This document shows, piece after piece, positions 30,683 to 42,410 of a DNA stretch of 64,000 nt (within the stretch, counting starts at the first letter, position 1; each line of letters opens with the position of its first letter). Source of the stretch: Eledone cirrhosa (lineage: Eukaryota). The position numbers and the translations under genes were made by a program. Where the stretch lies: assembly GCA_964016885.1 (NCBI GenBank), contig OZ024742.1:328290001-328354000 (forward strand). The letters are read 5' to 3'. A model generated the notes under the pieces. That model ran no database searches and was not told the DNA's origin. It saw nothing but the letters and a program-made list of their open reading frames with translations.

Positions 30683-31894
30683 CAAAGGTTCTCAACCTAT
30701 TTTGGCCAAACGCCCCCTTTTGCCCCTCGCAATCACGAAACGCCCCCTACCCTATTTTTTCATTTTTTCAATATACTACTGATTTTGATATCAGTAGATT
30801 ACTGGGCCAAATCAAGTTATCTTAGATTCTTTAAAAAATACTCTTACGAATTAAATACAAAAATGTTTCAGTCCAAAACAAAAGCAAGCTATTTCAAATT
30901 ATATATTTTTGAAATAAAATAAAAATACATTTGATCTCAGTCGAAAAAGATTTTTTATTTTAAATTCTATATTTCACTGTTAGCTGTTGTAATATTTTGA
31001 GTGGATAGACAATTGAAACTGCAAAGTCAAAATACAAAAGATGCAAAATATGAAGTTTGAGAACCACAAACTAAAAGCTAAATTCTCTCACTATAAAATA
31101 ACTTAACATTCGAACCCGTAACTATAACACCACTTTCTAGCTAACAACCTTTTCTTCCCCCCACACTACAAGACAATACACTGCTTATCACTATACATGG
31201 TAACTCAGTGCAATTCCTAGATTACTACTACAAACCCAAAGTTCACTCACCACACATACTTTGTCTCTCCCCTCTCTACCTATCTCTCTCTACATCCATT
31301 ACACTCTCTCTCTCTCACCTTTGACCTACCTCCCTCTCAACATCTATGAACCTGCCCTCTGGGGCAATAAATAATTCCGACCTTAACTATCAACGCATCT
31401 CTCCAAAAGTAACCAGTATAATAAAACCCCTACCATAACATTTTGATCTACAAGCCACTCTCTCCTACTTCTCCAACCCCTGCATATCTTTCTTTCTCTC
31501 TCCCTCTTCCCTACTTTTCTCTCTTCCTGTTCTACTCTATCTTCCCCAACAACCCCACTTAAGGGTATTTACATTGTACATTTACCATTCTGCTCTGAGG
31601 AAACAGTGGTCACAGCATTGGATATTCGAGTTCTGGAAGTACTTGTGAATTTGCACGTAGCGTAACTAGGCTGCAGTACCACCGTGGAAACACTTGTAAG
31701 CACACGGAATAAATTACCTTTTTATGATGTCTACCTGTTATTATTCATTCTTTATATACACTCCGGAATACTGAAGGATCAGGATCTAAGTTTCTTGAAC
31801 AATTCTTCCATAACTCGTAGAGTAACCTCTTACCGTACGTCAACCATATCCAGTGTAGTAATTAACCATTACTACATCTTGGATAATCCTATAC

Positions 31895-31963
<69 letters not shown>

Positions 31964-32626
31964 ATAATATATATATTATACACACACACACACACATATA
32001 TATATATAACCTTACACACTTAAATATAAATGCATGTATAAATCTACATCCATACATACATATATACACACATTTACGTATGTATATAGCTATGCATTTA
32101 TACATTTGTATATATATACGTGCATTTATATTTAGGTGTGTAAGGATGTTGATATGATCTATGTCTTCTTTTTTTGGTAAGGAGAACATTTTTGTCGCCA
32201 GATTTTAAAGCTGACCAGGTGCACAACTTCATCAAACACTAACGCCGGCCTGTGTGTGTATATGTGTGTGTGTGTATGTATGTGTATATATATGTGTGTG
32301 TATGTATGTATGTATGTGTGTGTATGTTCACCCCCATTGCTTCTTCTTGTCATTTATGTTGAAGTAGTCCTTACATTCATTCACTTTGATTTCTTTTGAT
32401 TTTCTAATATCTCCCTAGGGAATTCGTTGACAAGCTTCTTTAATTTATTTTCTTTGTTTTCTTCATTCAAATCACTGACTGTCTAAGAGACGTACCAATA
32501 TGACTTATAAAACTTACCAAACTAATGAGCTTCTAGCGCCTTCAAACTTTCAAACGCCCCCTTACTGCATAACGCCCCCTAACTACCCCTTTATGCATAA
32601 CATATGCCTCCCGTTGAGAACCTTTA
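30683..32626. mobile_element. hAT-Charlie-type non-autonomous transposon carrying a nested insertion
   Basis: TIRs CAAAGGTTCTCAAC / GTTGAGAACCTTTA; 8-bp ATCTAGAT-type TSD at 30675-30682 and 32627-32641; subterminal AACGCCCCCT repeats at both ends. Confidence 0.75.
31591..31702 (+). ncRNA. Type-I hammerhead ribozyme with long stem-II insertion (family E)
   Basis: Stem I TGCT/AGCA; core CTGAGGA; stem II ACAGTGGT...ACCACCGT enclosing ~65 nt; GAAAC-ACTT-GTA. AATAAA at ~31708; the element runs into (TA)n at ~31898. Confidence 0.7.
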
Positions 32627-33698
32627 ATCTAGAATCTAGATGAACCATGGGTTCTTTAGAGATGGCCTGCCTCTAGACTTTTACCGGGCCTACATAGTAT
32701 AATTTCATACAGGAAAAATCATCAATATTTACCGTTGATTAACATCGGAAAATTGTGAAGCCAAGAGGATTGTAAATCCTCTGAGAAATCGCGAAATTCT
32801 AGAAATAGCAGAGACACTAACAGAAAACACTGCACGACTCAGATAGGGATATATATATATATATATATAAGTGTAATGAGTTCTTTTACAATGAAAATAG
32901 CTCAAAGAAAGAAATAGTTCTTTCGTTGCACATCTGCAACATGGTCAGTGGTGCTATTATGTTCCTCCTGTTGTATTGTATATCTACCTAGATATACAAT
33001 ACAACAATATGACCGCCACCCCCAAGTATAACAATATATATATATATATATGAAGAAACAGGGGCTGTCTAGTTGCTGGATAAGGTGTACTTATAAATAA
33101 GAGGAAAGCATAAGCGGGAGAAAATTTGTACGCATTAAAGACAAGATATCTCACCACAGTGCGTCAATAACTAAAGGAAATTACTGGGGGAAAATGGGGG
33201 AGAGAGAAAAAAATATATAACAGAAGGGAAAAGGATAGAAAAAGCAAAAGATAACAGGAAATAACATACGGAAGAGGGAAATCTGAAGCACACGTGTGTG
33301 AGCAACTCGAAGAGAGATGAAAAATTAAAGTCAATATCAACGACTGAACTGAAGTTCGATGCTGTGTGGACGAGAAAAAAAAACACGTCTGACCTCCGCA
33401 AGAGTAAGTGAGAAAGAGACAGCTAGAGGAACAGGTGACAGAAACAGTGAGGTGGCAAACAGAGAGAGGGAGAAAGGGAGAGAAAGAAAGAGGAGGAATA
33501 GTTGATAGCAACATAAAAAGAGAGAACAGGTCACAGCAAAACTTGATAAAAATTTAAGAAAAAACAGGGGCTGTGTAGATGCTGGATAAGTTGTACATAT
33601 AAATAAGAGGAAGGCATGAACGGGAGAGATTTTACCTTCATCAGTTGGCTGCATGGATATTTCTATGCATTAAAGACAAGATATCTCACCCCAGTGCG

Positions 33699-33754
<56 letters not shown>

Positions 33755-34115
33755 AAGACACACACATGGGCAGACACGAATCACGAAACACGCACCACAA
33801 TTCAAAGACAAGATGGAGTAGAAAATTAAGACCTAAAATAAGAGGAGGCACACATCAGATAGGCAATGATGAGTTCACAGAATGTGTGTCGAAAGAGCTT
33901 TGGCAAAAGAATGAATAGCGATCAATGAGGTGAAAATTATATGGCGCGTGTGTTTCTTTCTAATGGCAATATTGCCAACACGATTTCACAAAGAATCTGG
34001 CAGTATAAATATATACATATGTATCTATATCTATATCTCTCTCAATCAGTCCCTCTCTTCCCCCTCTCTCTCTCAATATATATATACATACATATATATA
34101 TATATATATATACAT

Positions 34116-34179
<64 letters not shown>

Positions 34180-34186
<7 letters not shown>

Positions 34187-34812
34187 ATGCTTTGGGAGGG
34201 TCATGTTGCCAATAAGAAACACACGCACCAGTTGTTTCACTCAAATTTATTATGAATTAAATTTATAAATTTAAGAATTTATAAATTTCCGGTTGGAATA
34301 AATCAACTCCAACCAAAATTAAATAGAAAACATGAATCGAATAGCAACATCACAACTTAGAATTAAGGACAAAATGAAAACACACATAGAACAAACAACC
34401 AACCAGTAACATGCAAATAAACAAATAAATAAACGAATATAAACACAAACAGACACCCGGATGTAACAAATGCGCAAACTAAGCACACAAGACACACAAA
34501 AACAAGATGACGTAGGACAGAACAAAGGAGAGGCACAAAAACACAGAAAAGAATCCCCAGTCACTGAAGAGGGCACATAATGTGTGACGAAAGAACTTTG
34601 ACAATATATGAACAACCGTCCGGTTGTGGAACCAACCAACCGGAAATTTATAAATTCTTAAATTTATAAATTTTATTTATAATAAATTGGAGTGAAAGCA
34701 GCTGGTGCGTGTGTGTTTCTTATTGGCAACATGACCCTCCCAAAGCATAAAAATATCGGTTTCAACACACGTTTTCAGATAAAGAATCTTGCTAAACAAA
34801 TTCAGAAACGAA
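34180..34812 (+). mobile_element. Penelope-like element with inverted terminal copy and hammerhead (family F)
   Basis: 34180-34296 is inverted relative to ~34637-34757. Hammerhead at 34560-34602 (GTCA-CTGAAGA...GAAAG-AA-CTT-TGAC). (TA)n flanks. Same family at 62405-63241 and 63648-64000; diverged relative at 33760-34005. Confidence 0.75.
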
Positions 34813-34853
34813 ATATATATATATATATATATATACATACATATATATACATA

Positions 34854-34890
<37 letters not shown>

Positions 34891-34959
34891 GAAAGGTATA
34901 GAACATATTGTAGCAAAAATCCAACAGTATTCCATATATACATATACATATATATATAC

Positions 34960-35097
<138 letters not shown>

Positions 35098-35220
35098 CCA
35101 ACAACCAACAACTTAATTTATAAAATAATTTTTTTTAAGAAAAATTCTTTTTGGATTTTGTGAAGAAAATAAATTTGTTGAAAGCACAAGCGAAGCCATT
35201 TTTTCTTCCCCCCTGTCTTA

Positions 35221-35420
<200 letters not shown>

Positions 35421-35755
35421 GAGTAAAAGAGCCACATATATACAGAAAGAGATACATCAACACACAGTAATGTGTATGGGTGTAATTATGCAGAACAAGA
35501 ATATCACACTAAGTACTTCTCATTCCATTGATTTAAGTGGAAAAACGTATGTACACAATCTTATAATCTTCATAATGATACGCACACACACACACACACA
35601 CACACATTCAGATATGGGTGTATGTATATGATGCATATATATATATAAATATATGTGTGTAAGTATGTTTACACGCGAGGACACACACACACACACCATA
35701 TATACGTATATATATATATATATATATAATCCTGAATTTTTCCCCCCCTATATAT

Positions 35756-35800
<45 letters not shown>

Positions 35801-36100
35801 TCCGATATATATAATGTTTGGCTTTTTCATGTGTAGAAGTCCATAAATGCGTTGTGGTAGGCTGTCGCACTCACCTACCCCCACATATATATATCGTATA
35901 TATATATATTTATATATATATATACCTATATAAATATTTGTGTCTGTATGTATATATATATATTTACTATAAATATTTATGTCTCTATCACTCCCTCTCT
36001 TCCGCCCTCCCCCTCTCTCTATTTATGTATTTGTGTGTATATATATATATATATATAGTATATAAATATATATAAGATATAGATATATGTATAATATATA

Positions 36101-36197
<97 letters not shown>

Positions 36198-37149
36198 TAT
36201 ATATATAAATATATATATGTACATCAGTGAAAGAGAGAGAGAGAGAGGGTGGGTAAGAGAAAGAAAAGATAAATAGTTAAATCTGTGTGGGCGAAGAAAC
36301 GTTAAAAACTCTCTAAATTAGATTGTAAATTCTTAAGGCTGTCAGAATGACTAGAATAGCTTAAGGTTTTGATATTTGGATTAAATTTCTCCATCACAAG
36401 TTACTTGTACATTCTGATTTGGATTATTCTTCAAAAGCTTTTGAAAGGATATATCCCCACCATCGTCGTTATTCTTCCGCTCTTTCTTTGGTTTCTGAAG
36501 AATTCACTAGAAAACAATTTATGGACGGCTTTTTGTTTGTGATTGCAAAAAAATAATATTTTGAAAGAATTCTTTCCTTATAGTTTAAGACAAACGTTAA
36601 CACTTTTTTCTCTTGTAATGGCTTCAGATGACTTGGCTCTCATAACACATTTAGATCGACCAAACTGTTTTGAGTTAAAAAGTTCTGAGTGCAAAAATAT
36701 CTACGTTTTGCTTCTACAGCTGTTTTTCTTGATTTTATTTATCTTATCTCTATATTTATTCTTTAATGTGTTTATTCTTGTACTGATTTCAGTCTCTAGA
36801 CGGTGCTCATGCTGGAGCACTGTCTTTAACGCATTTAGGTGGTGGAGAAGCCTGCACTACTTATATTTTTTTGTAATTATTTCATCGATTACTTTTTTCT
36901 TTTCGTTTCTCTTTGTTGAACCGCTAGATAATGAGTCAATCGTAAAAAAAAAAACTAAACACTTTTAGCCTGTTTCATTTATATGTGTATATGTGTGTGT
37001 ATATATATTTTTCTGTGTCTGTAAAAATAAAATAAAACAACAATATAACAGATAATTCATACATTAAAATGCAACAGGCTAAACGTTGTTTTGTCTTATA
37101 TAGATTTAATCTGTATAACATCATTATTTGAACCAGGAATTAATTAATT

Positions 37150-37455
37150 ATGAGTATTGCGTAGCTTGGAGGTCATAGAGTTACTCCGGGTTGAGCGCTA
37201 TTTCTCGGAATGGAGAGATCACAGCTCCGATACTATGGGCATGTGGTTAGAATGTCTCAGGAGTGAATCGCTCGACAGATTTTACGGGCACAACAAACCG
37301 GAAAAGTGACCCAGTGGTAGACCTCGATGGTTGGATATCACCCATGAGCTTAGCTGGTCTCTCTTGGGGATCCAGCGGGATCAGTTGGAGACGGTATCTT
37401 GTGACATGAGCCGCCGAAGGACTGTTTGAGGACTCTTCCTCCAAGACCCGCTCAA

Positions 37456-37457
<2 letters not shown>
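37150..37457 (+). pseudogene. 5'-truncated RTE 3' end followed by (TAA)n
   Basis: Reads QLRYYGHVVRMSQE*IARQI and WLDITHELSWSLLGIQRDQLE. Similar to 27720-27950. Confidence 0.7.
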
Positions 37458-37533
<76 letters not shown>

Positions 37534-37534
<1 letters not shown>

Positions 37535-40500
37535 GACGCACGAGGTGACGGAGGTCATGAAATCGCTCCCGTAAGTTTTGAATTTTTAACATATTTAAAT
37601 CATTTGTGAAATAACAACTCTTAGTACAAATGCTACGTAAAGCACCCGGCTTGAGCCCCAAAAAAATTCGGACCCAAAATATATTGTTATAAGGCTCAAA
37701 TATTCAAATATTCAACTTTGTATTATACACTGTATATCCCCCAAAAAATGGCTATAAATGGAAGAAGAAGAACCCCCCCCCCCCTCCTCTCCTCTGGCTA
37801 CACTATATAGGACAGCTAAACTCACCAACACCAGAAACTAGATACACCACCCACCCCATCATCTGTGTACACTAAACACAACAGCATTTTCACCTTCACC
37901 GCCACCGCTCACTACGGCCATCATTACCACCACTATCCCATCACCGCCGCCACCACCCCTTGACTCCTTCACTGCTGCTGCCACCGCTACAGCACCATCA
38001 CTACAGTAATACGGCTCAAATATTCAAATATTCAACTTTGTATTGTACACTGTATATCCAAAAAAAAATAAAATGGCTATAAATGGAAGAAGAAGAACCC
38101 CCCCCCCCTCCTCTCCTCTGGCTACACTATATAGGACAGCGAAACTCACCAACACCAGAAACTAGATACACCACCCACCCCATCATCTGTGTACACTAAA
38201 CACAACAGCATTTTCACCTTCACCGCCACCGCTCACTACGGCCATCATTACCACCACTATCCCATCACCGCCGCCACCACCCCCTGACTCCTTCACTGCT
38301 GCTGCCACCGCTACAGCACCATCACTACAGTAATACGGTCGCATCACCGCCACCACTGCCTCGGTATCGACATCACCACCACCACTGTCTCAGTATCGCC
38401 AACGCCGCCAGTCTCTGCTGGCTACCACTTCCACATTATAGAATTCCTACTACTAACAAAGAGGAAGGCATCAAAATATATAGATAGACTCAAAAGAAAA
38501 AAGAAAAAACAAACAACAAAAGCAGCACAGCAACAACAGTAAAAAACGAGAAAAACAGAGAAAAACAAAAACAAAAAAAGAAACCCCAAAAACGTAAAGA
38601 AAATAAGAATGAAGAGAGAAGCAGGCGGACGGACAGAGAAGAGGGGGGAAAAAGTAAAACTTAAAAAACAAAAACTAAGTCAGACATTCGAATACTACAT
38701 TACAATGAAACTTATGCTTATTCATTTTTGGGGCCCTTTCTGCCCGTGTGTTTGTTTGTTTATGTGTGTCCGTATACAGCGTGGTGATAATGCCACACAA
38801 GGGCCAAGTGGGATGGCGGATCCACAGATGGCTATGTAAACATACATTCGCCAATCCTCGATAAGAGTGTTTAAATATCGAACATAAACAGTTCGAATAA
38901 CGGTGAAATGGAGACTAGAACGTCATGTGACAGACTCTCACCCAACAGGTGCCCCCTGGCTCAGCAGCAGGAACCTGACTGTCAACCAAATACTGCTGAT
39001 GTTGGAGGAAGAAGAAGAAGGAAAGGGGCCAGAACCAACTGGACGAAAGAATTGAATAGAACTGTTATGCAATGCTACCTGAAAAGTAACCCCAAGGAGA
39101 GGGGCTACAGGAGACGGATGCATAACATCTGGAACGAGATTGGTTTATTTAAATTAGATGAACAAAAATTGGCCGGGCAGGCTCGGGTAATAAGAACTAA
39201 TGGGTGGATAAGCGAGCTGGAACTGGAGGAACTGAGCAGAGAGAATGGCTTGGAGATGGCGGGTGTAGTATGCCAGACAAGCGAGCCGGCGGGAAATGAA
39301 GGTGAGGAGGTCCTGAGAACGGAGGAACCACCCGAAGCAGACAATGATCTGAATACTGAGATAAATAATACCTGGAACAGAGATACGGCCACTGAGGAGA
39401 TGAATGCTGACGGGCTAGGACAAGATTCGGTTGACATCCTAAATTTAGTGGTAGATGAGTTGAACAATGATAGTGGGAGACCTATGAACCTAAGATTTGT
39501 AGACAGGAAAAAGTTAAAAGAAACAACAGCTAAGGTAAACAAAGTCATCCCATACCTTGAGGCGAGGAGTCTTCACCAGTGCAACAATATCCTCAAAGCA
39601 ACAGCAAATACGGTGAGGAAACTACTTGGTATAAAAGCGAGAGGAAACAACAGACAAGAAAGAGCAGAGCTGTGGTGGAAGAAGCGACTGAGTGGGCAAA
39701 TCGGGGAAATGAGAAATGACATAGGAAAGCTTGAGTCACTACTGAATGGGACACTAAAAAACATAGGCACTAAAAATAGACTGGAAATAAAATACAAAAC
39801 TAGGAGTAAAAAGCTAAATATTATCATAGAGGAATTGAAGCAACGCATTGTAGCAAAGAGTGCCAAAATCAGGCGATACGAGAACAGAGTCAGTCAGTAT
39901 AAACAGAACCGCATGTTCGACAACAACCAGAAGATGCTGTTTGGACAGCTTGAGGGGAAAGAAAGAGGCAACGACTTGATCCCTGGGGCGGAACAAGCTA
40001 AAACATTCTGGAGAGGAATATGGGAGCAGGATGTTAGACACAATGCCCAGGCAGGGTGGATTGAGACAGTACAGAGGGAGATCGGTGAGCAGGCACAGCA
40101 ACAGACTGATTTGAGTATCACAGTTGAAACTCTTAAGGGGCAAGCCAAAGAACTAACCAACTGGAAATCACCAGGCCCAGATGGTGTGCAGGGGTATTGG
40201 ATTAAACATTTAACATCCCTCCACCCGAAGCTGACGGCCATGTTCAATGACTGCTTGGTGTCGGGTGAGGTGCCAGAGTGGTTGACAAAAGGTACCACAG
40301 TTCTGATAATGAAAGACCGAATCAAGGGTAATGATGTTACCAACTATAGACCTATCACATGTCTGCCCGTAATGTGGAAACTGTTGACGAGCATTGTGTC
40401 TGAGGAAATCTACCATCACCTCCACACAAACAACTTGTTGCCGGACGAACAGAAAGGATGCCGAAAGAAGTCACGTGGTACAAAGGACCAGTTGCTTATT

Positions 40501-42410
40501 GATAAGATGGTAATGGGGAATTGCAGGAGGAGACACACTGATCTTGCCATGGGATGGATAGACTACAGAAAGGCATTTGACATGGTGCCTCATTCCTGGA
40601 TCACCAAAAGCCTGGAGATCTTCAGGGTGGCAGATAACATCAGACAGTTGCTGGGCAGGAGTATGGGGTCCTGGGAGACAGAGTTGACATCAACTGGAGT
40701 ATCCTTGGGAAGCGTGAAGATCAAGAGAGGTATCTTCCAGGGAGATAGCCTGTCCCCTCTGTTGTTTGTCCTTGCCCTGATGCCCTTGACCATTATGCTG
40801 CGAAAAGTGAGAGCAGGATACAAGTTGGGAAGGGGAGAGCTTACCATCAATCACCTCCTCTTCATGGACGATCTTAAGCTCTTCGGGAAAAGTGAGAAGG
40901 AGTTGGATGTGCTTGTTGACACTGTCCGTATTTTCAGCAGTGATATATGTATGCAGTTTGGTATTGGTAAATGTGGAGTCATTGTGATGAGGAGGGGTAG
41001 GTTGAGCAGAAGTAACGGGATCCAGATACCAACAGGTGAGATGATAAAGGAAATTGACTCTGAGGAAGGATACAAGTATTTGGGCGTTCTGGAGGCTGAT
41101 GGCATAAAGAACAAAAAAATGAAGGAATTGTTAAGAACTGAATACATTCGGAGAGTAAGGAGCGTATTGAAGTCACATCTGAACAGCAGAAATGCCATAA
41201 GCGCAGTAAATTCCCGAGCTGTGTCTATTATTAGGTACAGTGCGGGAATTCTGAGATGGAATGTTGCTGAACAAAAAGAAATGGATAGGAAGACTAGGAA
41301 GCTATTGACTATCTACAACATGTTCCACAAGAGGAGTGATGTCGATAGACTCTACCTAAGGAGATCTGAGGGTGGAAGAGGTCTTATCAGCATAGAGGAC
41401 TGTGTTCAGATGGAGAAAAACAACCTATACAAATACGTGACCTATAGTAAGGAGCCAATGCTCAGAGCTGTACTGAAGGAGGAGACAGTAGGCCAGGGGA
41501 TACCCAAGGAGGAAATAACATCAAGGAGGAAGAGCAGCCTTAAGGGAAAATCCCTTCATAGTAACTTCTTTGAGAAAACTGAATTTAGAGATCCACAGAC
41601 ATGGAACTGGTTGAGAAGAGGAGACCTCAAAAAGGCTACAGAAGGAATGCTAATGGCTGCGCAGGAGCAGGCCCTCAAAAAGAAGTGGTTGAAGCACCAT
41701 ATCTACAAGGAGGAGGCTAGCCCACTGTGCAGGATCTGTGGAGAGAGAGAGGAGACTGTGGCTCACATTGTGTCCGAGTGTAAACACCTAGCCCAGACCC
41801 ACTATAAGGGCTGGAGACACGATGTGATGGGCAGGGTGATCCACTGGCACCTGTGCAAAGTAAACAATCTACCACATTCTGAGAAATGGTATGAGCATAG
41901 GCCAGAGGTGGTGATGGAGAACAGTCAGGTGAAGGTGCTGTGGGATTTTAGGATACAGACGGACAAAAAACTGGAACACAATAGACCTGACCTGGTGGTT
42001 GTGGACAAAGAAAAAAGATCGTGCCTGATTGTGGATGTGGCCTGCCCGTTCGACACGAGAGTGCAAGAGAAGGAGAGGGAGAAAATTAACCGATACCAGG
42101 ACCTAAAGTGGGAGGTGAAAAGGATTTGGAACTGCCATGAAGTCAAAGTGATCCCGATTGTCATAGGCGCACTGGGGACTATCTCCAAAGGTTTCCAGGG
42201 ATGGTTAAAGAAAATCGGCCCCTTCACGCTTTTTGGAACGCTTCAAAAGGCATGCTTGCTTGGAACGGCAAGAACCCTCCGATACGTCCTGAATATCTGA
42301 GGCTGCAGGTAGTGGCTTGATATTCAATCCAACGGACTTTCCAGTTAACCAACACCAATGACTGAGATTCAAGGAATAACAATAACAATAATAATAATAA
42401 TAATAATAAT
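37534..42410 (+). mobile_element. Probably full-length R4/Dong-clade non-LTR retrotransposon in (TAA)n
   Basis: (TAA)n tracts at 37457-37533 and 42375-42410 flank a single long RT-RLE ORF with a short 3' UTR. The 5' boundary is inferred only from the TAA tract. Confidence 0.75.
38908..42300 (+). CDS. R4/Dong-clade polyprotein: reverse transcriptase, CCHC knuckle and restriction-like endonuclease (1130 aa, intact)
   Basis: WKSPGPDG, NYRPITCL, WIDYRKAFDMVPHSW, RGIFQGDSLSPLLF, HLLFMDD, YKYLG, GGRGL, CRICGEREETVAHIVSEC, RHD, RPDLVVVD..IVDVACP..EKINRY. No APE domain; no stops. Confidence 0.95.
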   Translation: METRTSCDRLSPNRCPLAQQQEPDCQPNTADVGGRRRRKGARTNWTKELNRTVMQCYLKSNPKERGYRRRMHNIWNEIGLFKLDEQKLAGQARVIRTNGWISELELEELSRENGLEMAGVVCQTSEPAGNEGEEVLRTEEPPEADNDLNTEINNTWNRDTATEEMNADGLGQDSVDILNLVVDELNNDSGRPMNLRFVDRKKLKETTAKVNKVIPYLEARSLHQCNNILKATANTVRKLLGIKARGNNRQERAELWWKKRLSGQIGEMRNDIGKLESLLNGTLKNIGTKNRLEIKYKTRSKKLNIIIEELKQRIVAKSAKIRRYENRVSQYKQNRMFDNNQKMLFGQLEGKERGNDLIPGAEQAKTFWRGIWEQDVRHNAQAGWIETVQREIGEQAQQQTDLSITVETLKGQAKELTNWKSPGPDGVQGYWIKHLTSLHPKLTAMFNDCLVSGEVPEWLTKGTTVLIMKDRIKGNDVTNYRPITCLPVMWKLLTSIVSEEIYHHLHTNNLLPDEQKGCRKKSRGTKDQLLIDKMVMGNCRRRHTDLAMGWIDYRKAFDMVPHSWITKSLEIFRVADNIRQLLGRSMGSWETELTSTGVSLGSVKIKRGIFQGDSLSPLLFVLALMPLTIMLRKVRAGYKLGRGELTINHLLFMDDLKLFGKSEKELDVLVDTVRIFSSDICMQFGIGKCGVIVMRRGRLSRSNGIQIPTGEMIKEIDSEEGYKYLGVLEADGIKNKKMKELLRTEYIRRVRSVLKSHLNSRNAISAVNSRAVSIIRYSAGILRWNVAEQKEMDRKTRKLLTIYNMFHKRSDVDRLYLRRSEGGRGLISIEDCVQMEKNNLYKYVTYSKEPMLRAVLKEETVGQGIPKEEITSRRKSSLKGKSLHSNFFEKTEFRDPQTWNWLRRGDLKKATEGMLMAAQEQALKKKWLKHHIYKEEASPLCRICGEREETVAHIVSECKHLAQTHYKGWRHDVMGRVIHWHLCKVNNLPHSEKWYEHRPEVVMENSQVKVLWDFRIQTDKKLEHNRPDLVVVDKEKRSCLIVDVACPFDTRVQEKEREKINRYQDLKWEVKRIWNCHEVKVIPIVIGALGTISKGFQGWLKKIGPFTLFGTLQKACLLGTARTLRYVLNI

